Shown: positions 30,482-40,462 of the stretch, piece after piece
How positions within the stretch are numbered: position 1 is the first letter of the stretch
Layout of the letters: each line of letters starts with the position of its first letter
From: a virus
Strand: one strand, 5' to 3'
DNA length: 64,000 bases
IMG/VR virus record: IMGVR_UViG_3300043446_001534
Location: 3,989 to 67,988 of that record
Position numbers and translations under genes: made by a program
Notes under the pieces: model-generated
What the model was told of the DNA's origin: nothing
The model's database searches: none
The model's input: only the letters and a program-made list of their open reading frames with translations

Positions 30482-30952
30482 TTATGGAATTATTTCGTAT
30501 CGGTAGATTTCAGAAATCTTTTCATCTACCTTAGACGCTTCCTCCAGCAATCTTTGAGCAACATTGGTTAGATAGCGAGCTCCACCATCGTCAAACTTAT
30601 ATAGAGCATCTAAGACAGCTGTTGGCTCATCGCTAACTTGTGCCCAGTATCTGTGCTTTTCTGGAAAAACTAGTTCCGCTTCTTTTGTTGGTCTACACTC
30701 TTCGCATGGGATGGCATCTTTGTGAAGTTCTTCAAAGCTAACTTCAGTAAGTCCATACCTTTTTACTAGAGCGCAGCTGGAACCGTGAAACACTAATGAT
30801 ACTCCAATTCTAGAAAGAATGTAAGAGCCACTTTCGGTGCGGTAAAGCTCGAACTCAATCCATCTGGTTGAGCCCTTGCGCCATGACGAAGACTTGCCTA
30901 GTAACTTTCCGTTAAATTGGAGGGTCCTCGCTCCATCTTTAACTTCAATCAC
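30482..30952 (-). CDS. Hypothetical protein (possible Zn-binding)
   Basis: H...C and CEEC; coupled ORF. Confidence 0.6.
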   Translation of the reverse strand: MIEVKDGARTLQFNGKLLGKSSSWRKGSTRWIEFELYRTESGSYILSRIGVSLVFHGSSCALVKRYGLTEVSFEELHKDAIPCEECRPTKEAELVFPEKHRYWAQVSDEPTAVLDALYKFDDGGARYLTNVAQRLLEEASKVDEKISEIYRYEIIP

Positions 30953-31149
30953 TTTTGGTCCTTGGCATCCTTATCTTTGTCCTTAGCATTGACTAGTTTG
31001 TCTAGCTCTGCTTGAAGATTTTCTACCTTTTGACGCTCCATAGCTAGAGCAGCCTCTAGTTCTGCATTAAGGTTTACGGAACGAGTTAGCTGCTCTCTAG
31101 TGATTTGAAGAACAGTAGCTACGTATTCGACGTTTTGTGTTTCTGACAT
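30949..31149 (-). CDS. Small coiled-coil protein
   Basis: RBS AGGAG; heptad pattern. Confidence 0.6.
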   Translation of the reverse strand: MSETQNVEYVATVLQITREQLTRSVNLNAELEAALAMERQKVENLQAELDKLVNAKDKDKDAKDQK

Positions 31150-31189
31150 TTGTCTCTCCTAATTAATCGGTATCTCTATGATACACCTT

Positions 31190-31609
31190 TTACTTGTAGC
31201 CCATTCGATTTTTGATGTCTGTGGTGCTAATTCCTTGAGTATACGGCACATAAATCAGCCCTATTCCTCGCTCATCTAGCCAATCCTGGGTAAATCCCAT
31301 CTGTATATAGTAATCTTTTTTGGCCCAGTCTGAGCCAATAATAATGTAGTCAGGCTTAACTAGCTCGATAGCAATAGTAGAGTCGGCCCCTCCCACGTTT
31401 GGCACTACTTGGTCGACCCAGCGGCATGCTAATAGTGCCTCCATTCGCTCTTCATAGGTGAGGATTGGTGGTCTACCTTTATAACTAGCAACAAACTCGT
31501 CTGTATTTAAGGCAACTACTACTTTTCCAATTTGCGCGGCTCGCTCTAGAAGTCTGTAGTGACCTTTGTGGGGGAGGTCAAAGGTACCTCCGGTATAAAC
31601 TACTGGCAT
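31190..31609 (-). CDS. Cytidylyltransferase (TagD/RfaE-II-like)
   Basis: YTGGTFDLPHKGH (HxGH), GSDW and ISTT motifs. Confidence 0.85.
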   Translation of the reverse strand: MPVVYTGGTFDLPHKGHYRLLERAAQIGKVVVALNTDEFVASYKGRPPILTYEERMEALLACRWVDQVVPNVGGADSTIAIELVKPDYIIIGSDWAKKDYYIQMGFTQDWLDERGIGLIYVPYTQGISTTDIKNRMGYK

Positions 31610-32418
31610 TACACATCCAAACTTTCTAAGTTTTTATAGATTAATTCTAGCGGCATTTCTGTCAAAGGCTCTGAAAGCAAACTTTTTTGAAAAATGCTGT
31701 ATAGAAATCTAACATCCCTTGGGTCAACACCCTTAAGGAACATATAGTCTGCAAAAGCATCTACAACTTTCATGCCTTCTTTTAGTCCGTTAGTTGTATA
31801 GCTGCTGCCAATTCTGGTAGTTACTAAAAAGTTTAAATCCTTATAGATTTTTTTACCACTAAGCATAGCCAAAGTGCAGTAGACCACATCAAGTGCGTGA
31901 CCAGAATGCATGGTTTCAAAGTTCATAATGTTCTTGCTAAGCATCCAGTCGTAAAACTTTAGAATGTGTAATGCAAGCTCCCTTCTTAGCATTACTATAG
32001 TTCCGTCTATATGAACCGCTAGCCCAACGTTTTCGTACTTATTTGACATCCTTAGCAGAGATACTTTTGGGTCATCTTTTCTCCACATTAAGTCTGGACC
32101 CAGGACCCAGATGCTTGAGTCTTCAGCCATCATCTCGGTAAACTTGTTTGTCATTTCAGCGTGCTGAGTTGTAAATGCATCTCCAGCATTGAATACAAAC
32201 ATTAGATGGTCTGTTTCTTTGAAGTCTAAAAGTGCATTGTAGAAGTGACCGTAGTATCTAACTTTTTCTGCCACTTTCCAGTTTGGTTTTGCTACTGGCT
32301 CGCTGGTTACGTCAAAAACTAGAAAATCTAAATTTGCTTCTGTAAGTTGCCTATCTACTTCAATTGAGTTGTACAGTAACTCATCCCAGGCAACTAGGTA
32401 TGTTTTACTAGTAGCCAA
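31609..32418 (-). CDS. Hypothetical protein, possibly a degenerate GT-A glycosyltransferase
   Basis: YYGHFYNAL...FNAGDA pattern; coupled to the cytidylyltransferase. Confidence 0.4.
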   Translation of the reverse strand: MATSKTYLVAWDELLYNSIEVDRQLTEANLDFLVFDVTSEPVAKPNWKVAEKVRYYGHFYNALLDFKETDHLMFVFNAGDAFTTQHAEMTNKFTEMMAEDSSIWVLGPDLMWRKDDPKVSLLRMSNKYENVGLAVHIDGTIVMLRRELALHILKFYDWMLSKNIMNFETMHSGHALDVVYCTLAMLSGKKIYKDLNFLVTTRIGSSYTTNGLKEGMKVVDAFADYMFLKGVDPRDVRFLYSIFQKSLLSEPLTEMPLELIYKNLESLDV

Positions 32419-33615
32419 CTACAACCTCACGGGAAGTACGTTCAAAAATTCTCTCGGGTCAAAACTTCCACCAATTGCCATAGTAAGCATTCCGGGTTTT
32501 GATTCCATACCTGCACGGTCTCTAAACCATTCGCTACCGGGGTCAGTAGTTGGGCATTGAACCCAGAGTCGTTGACTGATATCCATGCATTTAAAGTTGT
32601 GATAGTGGCCGGAGACCCAGAGGTCTGCGTTACCTAAAGCAGTTTGCCCGGCGGCTTGATTTGATAAATACTTTAGCGGGTCGCGTGCTTGGTGTCCGTG
32701 GAATAGCCCGAGCATACATCCGTCAATGTTTACGGTAAGCGTTTGATGTCCGGAAGCTGGGTATCGGAATTCAATATGTTGCAGTGCTGGGTTTTCTGCA
32801 CATGCGTCTTGCACTGCTGATGCAATCTCAACGTTCCATCCATCTGCCGGGTCGGCTGCAACCTGACGGGTAACTTCGTCGTGGTTACCGTTGATTACTG
32901 GAACTACCATTCTTTCCGTAAGTGGTGCCAAAGCTTTAATCTGTGCCATAAGCAAACGACGTGCAACACGCACCTGTTCGGTAAGACCTAAGTCAGACGC
33001 TGCTTGACCTTGTAGTCGACCACCTTGTGAAACAATTCCTTCTACGTGGTCACCCACTAGGCTAAGCACGATTCCGCCAATTGGAATACCAGACTTAACT
33101 AGCAGTTGTTGTCTAGCTACGGCAGATTCTGTTAAGTGCAATAGCCGAGCAATTGATTGCTCGGTGCCGTTGCCGTTTGCCTTTTTACCAATTTGTTGGT
33201 CACTAAGAAATACTGCGTAAGAACCATCTCCTGTAGAAGGTTTGATTCCTTTTTCTGGTCTCCACTTTTTGATTTCGTCTACAAGTTTTTCTGCATCTAG
33301 ACGGTCAGCTAAAGCAACTCTTGCTGGTACAACATTGACTCGAAGCGACTCTAGGTACTCACCGTCATATTTCTGCCACTTGCCACGACGAACGGAAGTG
33401 ATTTCCCAGTCGTCCGGGTTTAGGTCAAAGTCGATTAGTATCTGTCTTGCATCTTGCGGCTGTCCTGGTTGGTGTGGTTCTGAGATAATAAAACCGCCAG
33501 TCAAGTCATCTACGTCCATTCGCGGACGCCAACTTTCTGGCGTATTTAGATTTTTGGTATCAGACCCTGTTTTTCCCGGATTAGATAGTTGTTCGAACTT
33601 GTCTGAAAGGCTCAT
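32419..33615 (-). CDS. Calcineurin-like metallophosphoesterase
   Basis: SDQQIGK, GDHVEG, GNHDE, FHGH and GHYH motifs. Confidence 0.8.
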   Translation of the reverse strand: MSLSDKFEQLSNPGKTGSDTKNLNTPESWRPRMDVDDLTGGFIISEPHQPGQPQDARQILIDFDLNPDDWEITSVRRGKWQKYDGEYLESLRVNVVPARVALADRLDAEKLVDEIKKWRPEKGIKPSTGDGSYAVFLSDQQIGKKANGNGTEQSIARLLHLTESAVARQQLLVKSGIPIGGIVLSLVGDHVEGIVSQGGRLQGQAASDLGLTEQVRVARRLLMAQIKALAPLTERMVVPVINGNHDEVTRQVAADPADGWNVEIASAVQDACAENPALQHIEFRYPASGHQTLTVNIDGCMLGLFHGHQARDPLKYLSNQAAGQTALGNADLWVSGHYHNFKCMDISQRLWVQCPTTDPGSEWFRDRAGMESKPGMLTMAIGGSFDPREFLNVLPVRL

Positions 33616-33884
33616 TAGTTGTTCTTTCTGTTACAACCGCATTCGGCACGACGGTGTCTATCCACTGCGCTATTAGAGAGGTCAAATCCTTCTTCTCTAA
33701 GTACCTTAGCTATTGTAGCGTTATTTAGTCTGTCAGGAGCACCTACTGGCGTGTCTAACATTTTTTGTAGAGTTTCTCGGTCTTTCTCCGAGAGAGCATC
33801 TCCATGAACGATAGAGCCAATCTTACAGAGCGTTACACGCTTTTCGGTTTTCTTGGCTTCAGCAAACTTGTCTGCAAGTGACAT
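33615..33884 (-). CDS. Small HTH/Zn-like hypothetical protein
   Basis: CKIG...HRRAECGC; shares an MSL.DKF N-terminus with the downstream gene. Confidence 0.6.
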   Translation of the reverse strand: MSLADKFAEAKKTEKRVTLCKIGSIVHGDALSEKDRETLQKMLDTPVGAPDRLNNATIAKVLREEGFDLSNSAVDRHRRAECGCNRKNN

Positions 33885-33953
33885 ACTGGTCCTTCCGTAC
33901 TGTGTATCTGTCGTTTGTCATTCTACTACAATTGCGAGGCTATTGATGGATAT

Positions 33954-34316
33954 TTAGCTAGCCTTTTTTCGTGTTCTACGAACCTTAACTGGAACGGTTT
34001 CTTGAGTCACATCTAGGGCTGGGACATACCCCGGATAGTTAGCAAGCAACAGTTGTTTTACAAACTTTATCTCTACTTGATTTTCTTTAGACATGTCTGA
34101 GATGTCTTTTACTTGGTCAGCTAGTGAACTTCCACCGTTTGGCCAAAGTTGATGCTCGACTCTATCTAGTCTTTCGGAAATTGTCCTGCCGTCTGAGTCT
34201 AATCCGATGGAATCGCTGATTCTTCGTGCTACTCTATATGTAGCTACAAGTCCTCCAACAATGACTCCAATAGCGGTTATGACGGCTGCTGTTGTGAAAA
34301 TAGGGTCTAGTTCCAT
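33954..34316 (-). CDS. Membrane protein with one N-terminal TM helix
   Basis: TM helix, then PNGGSSLADQV, a motif seen in actinophage lysis-associated proteins. Confidence 0.6.
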   Translation of the reverse strand: MELDPIFTTAAVITAIGVIVGGLVATYRVARRISDSIGLDSDGRTISERLDRVEHQLWPNGGSSLADQVKDISDMSKENQVEIKFVKQLLLANYPGYVPALDVTQETVPVKVRRTRKKAS

Positions 34317-34467
34317 GAGCTATACTTGTAGTTACCTTCGGTAGAAGCGATTAGGTTTGCTTCTATAATTCTACCCTAGTAGGGTCGCCCTGATTCGGCA
34401 GATTGTTAGGTCAATCACTCTCGGTCAGTTTTAGCGCATTCGCGCACAAAAAATTGTCGTGTCACGC

Positions 34468-34495
34468 TTGCAACGTGCATACTTTCGTGTATGCT
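34468..34495 (+). promoter_or_regulatory. Sigma70-type promoter of the primase gene
   Basis: TTGCAA-N16-TATGCT. Confidence 0.45.
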
Positions 34496-34521
34496 GTTGC
34501 CAGTAGATTTAGGAGAGTTAC

Positions 34522-37125
34522 ATGTCCAATTGGGATTCAGCAAGCAACGGTAGGTTAGCAAAAGGTGCGGAATGGTACGCATCTAAAGGGTGGAAACTAC
34601 TTCCCTGTCACGGTATTGCTGACGGTGGACGCTGCACTTGTAGTCAGCCTCACGGTGAGCCGAAAGATGTAGGTAAGCACCCGGCAATTCGTGAGTGGAA
34701 CATCAATGCCACTGACGATGCTGCAACTGTAGCTGGCTGGTGGGAACGTAACCCTGACTATAACATTGGTGTTTTTTGTGGTCCATCTGGATTCCTTGTA
34801 ATTGATGTCGACCCTCGCTCTGGGGGGTTAGAGTCATTTGAAAAGTTTGAAGAACTATTAGAGGGTGTTCTACCTGCTACTGTTGAGGCCCAAACCGGTG
34901 AATACATGCACAACGGTAAGATTGTGCGCGGTCGCCACCTCTACTTCAAGTGTGACCCTGAAGAGCAGTTTGTCGGAAACCTAATTAAGAATGGCCTTAA
35001 GGGTATCGATATCAAACACAATGGGTATGTTTTGATTGCTCCATCTAGACACTTCTCTGGAACTGCTTATGACTGGAAGCCAGGACATGCTCCCTGGGAA
35101 ATGGAAATGGCAGAAGCCCCCGAGGAGTTGCTACAGGCCATTCGCAAAAAAGCACGTCGTGGAACTGGAACTAGCTACGCCGAGGGTAGCTGGGACTGGA
35201 TGTCAGAACTTGATTTTAAAGGTGAAAAAGTTGACATCCAAAAGATGCTTGAAGACGGCATTGATGAAGGCTCCCGTGCTGTAGACATTTATAAACTAGC
35301 GTGTGCTCTTGCTAACAAGTTTGGTACTACTCCGGACGCTCAGATGATGATTGAGACGATGATGATTCGTTTCAATCACGAAAAGGTTCGCCCTCCAATG
35401 GAGCTTGAGGGCCCTAACTCTCTACTTATGCACACTCGTCGTGCGATTGAGTTTGTAGCCAATAATCCTAAGAGTAATCGGCTGTGGCCTGGTATTGATG
35501 ACTGGGAGAAAGGTCGCCAGTGGGCTCAGGAAATTTCATCACCGGAAGCTCAGGCTCAGATTGGCGGTGGTTATCCCGGTTCAAATGTTGTAGGTAGTCA
35601 AATTACTAGGCTAGTCGAATCTGGAATGTCTCTCACTGAAGCAACTACAAATGGCAACATTGATATCCCAGAAGATGCTGATGCAATTGATGAAGCCGGC
35701 GGTGGACGTCCTGGATTCCGTACGCTTACTGATATGGGTAATGGTCGTCGTTTAGTTGATAGCTACGGCTCGGCTATTCGCTATACTCCTGGTCTTGGTT
35801 GGTTCCGCTGGGATGGAAATTACTGGAAGCCAGATTTGGAAAGCCTAGAACTACAGGAGCTAGCAAAAAATGTTGCGACAGTGATTGCTGCTGAAGTAAG
35901 TAATCACGACGACCCGGACAAGAAAACAGAGATTCTTAAGTGGGCCTATCAGACTAAGTCAAACAGTCGCATCAAAAACATGATTGTCAGTGCTAACTCG
36001 GACCCTCGTGTTGTGGTTGGAGTAAACCAGTGGGATAGCGATGACAACTTACTTGGTGTTCAGAATGGTGTAATTGACCTTAAAACTGGAGAACTATTAA
36101 AAGGCCAACCAAATCTCTACATTACGCGTCGTGCTCCTGTGGCTTACAACCCGGGAATTCGTAATCCACGCTGGGAGCAGTTTATCGACTTTGCTACTGG
36201 TGGAGATAAAGAACTTCAAGACTGGCTACAACGTGCTGTTGGTTACACGCTTACTGGTAGGAAAAACCACGACATTATGTTCTTGGTTTACGGTCCTCCA
36301 GGGTCTGGTAAGAACACATTTGTCGAGGCTATTGTAAAAGCGCTGGGAACTCAGCAGTACTCATGGCCACTTGATTCTGGAGTGTTGGCCGCTGGCGATG
36401 GTTCGGCTAGCCGTTCTGATGAATACCACTGGGCTCAGTTGCGTGGTCGTCGTATGGTTTGGGTTGACGAGCTTCCAGAATCTGAGCGTCTTAAGGAGAA
36501 CTCGGTCAAAAAGCTTACTGGTTCATCTGAAATCTCGGCGCGTTCTCCGGGTGAACAGCCGTTTACTTTTCAGGCTCAGGCTAAACTTTGGGTGACAACT
36601 AACCACCGCCCTACCATTACTGATGATGCTATGTGGCGTCGTCTTCGCCCTATCCCGCTAGAAAATGTCCCGGAGAAGCCGGACCCAGATTTGAAGGCTT
36701 ACTTATTTGACCCTGAAGGCGGTCTTCCGGGAGTTCTTGCCTGGGCTGTTGAAGGTGCTATTAAATACCTAAACTCTAGTGCCAAGGACCCTTTGGCTAT
36801 GTGCTCTGCTGTTGAAGAAGCCGCATCTGTGTATCGTAAGAATGAGGATAGAATCGGTTTGTTCCTGGAAGAAGAGACTATTGAGTCCGAAGGTGCTTCG
36901 CTTGGAGTAAAGGCTCTATACACAATCTATAAGATGTGGACAGAAGAGCGTGGAGAGCGTTCTTTGTCTCAGACTAACTTTCAGCGTCGTATGGCTGACC
37001 GTGGCATTAAGATTGAAGGTCAGGGCTCTAAAGCTGTAATTCTCGGTAGAATAATGGTTCCTAGGGCTGTACCTAGTGGAGAAGTTGACTGGGGGACCGC
37101 AACACGATTTGCTAAAAACTTCTAA
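34522..37125 (+). CDS. Bifunctional primase-polymerase fused to a P4/D5 SF3 helicase
   Basis: GKHP, NIG, VIDVD and H.YF motifs; TD.GN..R; Walker A GPPGSGKNT; DDAMWRR. Confidence 0.9.
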   Translation: MSNWDSASNGRLAKGAEWYASKGWKLLPCHGIADGGRCTCSQPHGEPKDVGKHPAIREWNINATDDAATVAGWWERNPDYNIGVFCGPSGFLVIDVDPRSGGLESFEKFEELLEGVLPATVEAQTGEYMHNGKIVRGRHLYFKCDPEEQFVGNLIKNGLKGIDIKHNGYVLIAPSRHFSGTAYDWKPGHAPWEMEMAEAPEELLQAIRKKARRGTGTSYAEGSWDWMSELDFKGEKVDIQKMLEDGIDEGSRAVDIYKLACALANKFGTTPDAQMMIETMMIRFNHEKVRPPMELEGPNSLLMHTRRAIEFVANNPKSNRLWPGIDDWEKGRQWAQEISSPEAQAQIGGGYPGSNVVGSQITRLVESGMSLTEATTNGNIDIPEDADAIDEAGGGRPGFRTLTDMGNGRRLVDSYGSAIRYTPGLGWFRWDGNYWKPDLESLELQELAKNVATVIAAEVSNHDDPDKKTEILKWAYQTKSNSRIKNMIVSANSDPRVVVGVNQWDSDDNLLGVQNGVIDLKTGELLKGQPNLYITRRAPVAYNPGIRNPRWEQFIDFATGGDKELQDWLQRAVGYTLTGRKNHDIMFLVYGPPGSGKNTFVEAIVKALGTQQYSWPLDSGVLAAGDGSASRSDEYHWAQLRGRRMVWVDELPESERLKENSVKKLTGSSEISARSPGEQPFTFQAQAKLWVTTNHRPTITDDAMWRRLRPIPLENVPEKPDPDLKAYLFDPEGGLPGVLAWAVEGAIKYLNSSAKDPLAMCSAVEEAASVYRKNEDRIGLFLEEETIESEGASLGVKALYTIYKMWTEERGERSLSQTNFQRRMADRGIKIEGQGSKAVILGRIMVPRAVPSGEVDWGTATRFAKNF

Positions 37126-37252
37126 AAACACGAGTCTGTATTATTCAGATTTCAGAACCGTGCTATAGAATATAGATGTGCACTCTGGGGAGAGGCACAG
37201 GAGGGGGCTGGCGGTACCAACTGTCAGCCCCCAACAATTACTTAGGAGAACT

Positions 37253-38056
37253 ATGAAAATTTGCATCGCCACCCCGATGTATGGCGGAAACGCTAAAAGC
37301 ATGTATGTAGCTTCGCTCGTCGAACTACTAAATAAGTTGGTATTGAACGGTCATCAAGCGTTTCAGACTGTAATCACTAACGAAAGTCTAATCACTAGAG
37401 CAAGAAATTCTTTGGTGCACGAGTTTCTAAAAACTGATGCGGATGCTATCTTGTTCATAGACGCTGACCACGGGTTCTTTGCTGATGATATTTTAAGAAT
37501 GGTTGAATCTGGTAAAGACCTGATTGGTGGTATTTACCCAATGAAAGCTATTAACTGGAACAATGTCAGAAAAGCAGCACTTGCTGGTAAAGAGAATCTT
37601 TCAGAATATTCTGGATTTTTTGCGGTAAACTTTTTACCTGAGGCTCAAACTTTTCAGTACTATGAACCTTTTAAAGTTCGTGATATTGGTACCGGGATGA
37701 TGTTTATCACTAGAAAAGTTTTTGAAGAACTTAAGCCTCATTGCAACAAGTATAGAAATAACTCCATTAATAATGGAAGCATTGAAGATGCGGAAATCAC
37801 CGAGTACTTCACCACTATGATTGACCCTGATGACAAGGTCCTTCTATCAGAAGACTATGCTTTCTGCTACATGTGGAGAAAATTAGGAAATGATGTATAT
37901 GCTGCCCCGTGGGTAAGACTTACTCACGCTGGTGATTATAACTTTGCCGGAAACTTCTTAAATATGCTGGAAGCTAATGAAATGCCAGACATTCCTATCG
38001 ATGCTCCAGCAGATTCCGCACAGTCGTCGGATACCACTTCCGCTGATTCTGAGTAG
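37253..38056 (+). CDS. GT-A (GT2-like) glycosyltransferase
   Basis: IATPMYGG, ESLITRARN, FIDAD and LSEDYAFC motifs; RBS AGGAG before ATG 37253. Confidence 0.75.
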   Translation: MKICIATPMYGGNAKSMYVASLVELLNKLVLNGHQAFQTVITNESLITRARNSLVHEFLKTDADAILFIDADHGFFADDILRMVESGKDLIGGIYPMKAINWNNVRKAALAGKENLSEYSGFFAVNFLPEAQTFQYYEPFKVRDIGTGMMFITRKVFEELKPHCNKYRNNSINNGSIEDAEITEYFTTMIDPDDKVLLSEDYAFCYMWRKLGNDVYAAPWVRLTHAGDYNFAGNFLNMLEANEMPDIPIDAPADSAQSSDTTSADSE

Positions 38057-38654
38057 GTATTCCATCACGGTTTAGTCCGTCGGCAATAGTTTTATACGAA
38101 GCCCCTGAAGCTCTTTCAGAGATAACTCTCTGTTTAATTTCTTCGGGGGTTTTGTTACGTGGTCCCATGTCTACGCCCCAGACTACGCCTCTTGCTCTAC
38201 GGTCTTTATGAACATCACGCTGACGTTCAGCAATAATGCCACGTTCCATCTCGGCAAGAGCAGACATAATAGTCACTACAAATCTTCCCTGATACGAAGA
38301 TGTGTCTAGATTCAAATCAAGCATTACTAATCGCCAGTTATTTTTATTAGCTCTATCAACAATGCTTAAGAAGTCTTGGGTAGAGCGAGCAAGTCTATCT
38401 ATTCTTGTCACAAATAATGCTTGTGCGTTACCAGCATCTAGTCTTTTCAATGCTTCTGTTAGTGCCGGTCTACCAGAGATAGATTTTCCGGAGCGACCTT
38501 CTTCGCGTACTATTTCTATATTTGTAAACCCGGCCATTTCTGCCGCTTGTTGTAGCTGACGCTCTTGAACATCAAGAGATACACCATCGTTTACTTGTAG
38601 CTGCGTAGATACACGGGCATACAATAGTGCTAGTCCTGGATTATCTGTACTCAC
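37995..38654 (-). CDS. Serine recombinase (resolvase/invertase family)
   Basis: YARVST, SG..RP.L, DRLARS and E.ER..I.ER motifs; short C-terminal recombinase/HTH part. Confidence 0.88.
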   Translation of the reverse strand: MSTDNPGLALLYARVSTQLQVNDGVSLDVQERQLQQAAEMAGFTNIEIVREEGRSGKSISGRPALTEALKRLDAGNAQALFVTRIDRLARSTQDFLSIVDRANKNNWRLVMLDLNLDTSSYQGRFVVTIMSALAEMERGIIAERQRDVHKDRRARGVVWGVDMGPRNKTPEEIKQRVISERASGASYKTIADGLNRDGIPTQNQRKWYPTTVRNLLEHR

Positions 38655-38661
38655 CTATTAA

Positions 38662-39555
38662 TTATAGGTTGTTTAGAAGTGCCCCTACTCTAGACTGCAA
38701 TCCATCTACTGTGGTTGAGTTTTCAATAATTTCATCAAATGCATAGTTGTTTAGAGCATGCTCTGATGCATGGTCATTTGCTGGTCCCACTCCCAGCCTA
38801 TTTACCCGCCAAACTTTACCATTTAACTTCTTAATAGCGTCTGCCTCGTTCGGGAATCTGACATCCGAAAATACGGCTTTTGCTCCGTCTGGAATTTCTT
38901 TAATGGCTGCGTCTACCCAGAAATCCTGGCCAAACATTTCTCTACCGACTTCTGTTCCAAATCTTTGAAGTAACCCTCTAATATCAGGGCTTCGTTCTTT
39001 GATTCCGTCCCAGCCGTAGATGTCAATTCCAATTCTAAGGGCGGTGTTTTGAACATCGTTTACAGTAATTCTTGGATTCAGTCTGTACATTGCTTCTTTC
39101 ATCGGAGCGGCAAAAGACATCTTTATATACCCATGGTTTTCCACTAAGTAGTCAGCAATGGTGTCCTTACCTGACCTAGCCCAGCCGGCGAGTCCGATAC
39201 ATGTAATTCTGGGCTGTAGTTGTCCATCTTTAAGAATTAGTAAAGGAATACCTACTGCTTCTGCGACATGCACTTCAAGTGATGCTCCTTTAGATGATTG
39301 CCAGCCAGGAAGAACACAGACTGCATCAACACTCAGTACATGAGGTAGGTCTCGTTTCATGTAGTATGACCAAGAGTTGTTTGGACGTTCTGGACTACCG
39401 GCACTAATTAGTGCTTCTTCTAGAGTTCCCCCATCATTGTGCGCAGGATTAATAACTTCATGCCCTAATGCTTCAAGTTTAGCTTGAGCTTCAAAAAATG
39501 CTAGGAAGTTCCAGTCGGTTATACCGCTCATCGGGCCTGCAATGTATACCTTCAT
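38662..39555 (-). CDS. DUF4406 (nucleoside deoxyribosyltransferase-like) domain fused to a deoxynucleoside monophosphate kinase
   Basis: VYIAGPMSG..LPGWQSSKGA.LE, then GLAGWARSGKDT, R.LLQ..GTE and DVRFPNE. Confidence 0.8.
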   Translation of the reverse strand: MKVYIAGPMSGITDWNFLAFFEAQAKLEALGHEVINPAHNDGGTLEEALISAGSPERPNNSWSYYMKRDLPHVLSVDAVCVLPGWQSSKGASLEVHVAEAVGIPLLILKDGQLQPRITCIGLAGWARSGKDTIADYLVENHGYIKMSFAAPMKEAMYRLNPRITVNDVQNTALRIGIDIYGWDGIKERSPDIRGLLQRFGTEVGREMFGQDFWVDAAIKEIPDGAKAVFSDVRFPNEADAIKKLNGKVWRVNRLGVGPANDHASEHALNNYAFDEIIENSTTVDGLQSRVGALLNNL

Positions 39556-39899
39556 TTATCTTCTTCCTTTTTGCGTACTCGTTCTTCAAGCTCGTTGATG
39601 GCTTCTTCCAAATCATCTAGGCTAAAGAAGTTTGCTTCTTCGTTTTCCATGTCTTTAAACCGCTCAGTAATAATGGCAATGTCATAGCCATCTTCGTAGC
39701 CCGCTACGTAGGCTTCTATTTCTTCTTTAGATGCCTCTCTAACAACAAAGTCTGTTCCGTTAATCCCGTAAACAGCTTCTTCAGGGCTTGCAGCCCCTAC
39801 ATAGGCATAGTCTTCATCTACACCTTTATCCAGGTCGATGAATTTCCAGTCGACTCTGTAAAGTTTTTTGCTGTTGTTGTCTTCACCATTATCTTGCAT
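39552..39899 (-). CDS. Acidic hypothetical protein
   Basis: ORF overlaps the kinase start by 4 nt. Confidence 0.55.
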   Translation of the reverse strand: MQDNGEDNNSKKLYRVDWKFIDLDKGVDEDYAYVGAASPEEAVYGINGTDFVVREASKEEIEAYVAGYEDGYDIAIITERFKDMENEEANFFSLDDLEEAINELEERVRKKEEDK

Positions 39900-39925
39900 G
39901 CATTAATGCTACACCCTTATAGAAC

Positions 39926-39953
39926 AAAAAGCCACCATTTCTGGTGGCTTTTT
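39926..39953. terminator. Bidirectional intrinsic terminator
   Basis: AAAAAGCCACCA-TTTC-TGGTGGCTTTTT. Confidence 0.75.
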
Positions 39954-40063
39954 AGGTATTCTGCATCTCTGTACAAGATTAATACTTAGCCAGTTTAGTG
40001 GTGTTTTTTGGCCGTGTCAACTTGTGGAATAATAGAAATACAACTTCACAGCGTAAGGATGTC

Positions 40064-40219
40064 GTGGCTCCTAGACAAGATGACCCAAATGTCTGCAAAG
40101 TATGCGGAGAGTTTTTTGTGGTAGCTTCTCTTGCTCGTTGTTGCGAGCTAAAACATGAAGGTGTAGTTTTTGTTAGACCGGAGTTTAAGCCGCGTCCTGG
40201 TCAGCGGCCAAAAGATTGA
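40064..40219 (+). CDS. Small Zn-finger-like protein
   Basis: GTG start after AAGGA; CKVCG..VVASLARCCELKH. Confidence 0.5.
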   Translation: MAPRQDDPNVCKVCGEFFVVASLARCCELKHEGVVFVRPEFKPRPGQRPKD

Positions 40220-40462
40220 TTACCACTTTCCAAGCGGGCATTTGGCTGCTTTTAGCTTAGTTTTATACTCCATAAAGCATCCGCACTGCTTGCATTGATT
40301 AAGTACTTTTATTAGTTCCGGACATTGCTTACAAATGTCCATTCTTTCATCGGCATGACTTTCATCAATCTTTACAACTTTTGGATTAAGAAGGTCTAAC
40401 GGTGTAACACCGTTTTTTTCTTTGTACTGCTCCCAGCGGGATTTCTTAGGTTCAGTTGTCAT
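40220..40462 (-). CDS. DUF6171-like Cys-rich protein
   Basis: R..IC..CP......QC..CGCF...K..L....CPLGKW. Confidence 0.7.
   Translation of the reverse strand: MTTEPKKSRWEQYKEKNGVTPLDLLNPKVVKIDESHADERMDICKQCPELIKVLNQCKQCGCFMEYKTKLKAAKCPLGKW

Noticed and set aside
32416-32421. TAG stop of the metallophosphoesterase followed immediately in frame by the next ORF (possible read-through or recoding)
   Set aside because: TAG ends several other genes normally, no suppressor tRNA (anticodon CTA) is present, and the phosphoesterase looks complete. Simple abutting genes suffice.
37995-38654. Large serine integrase / prophage boundary
   Set aside because: Only 219 aa, with no zinc-ribbon domain, and no host DNA or repressor is seen in the window.
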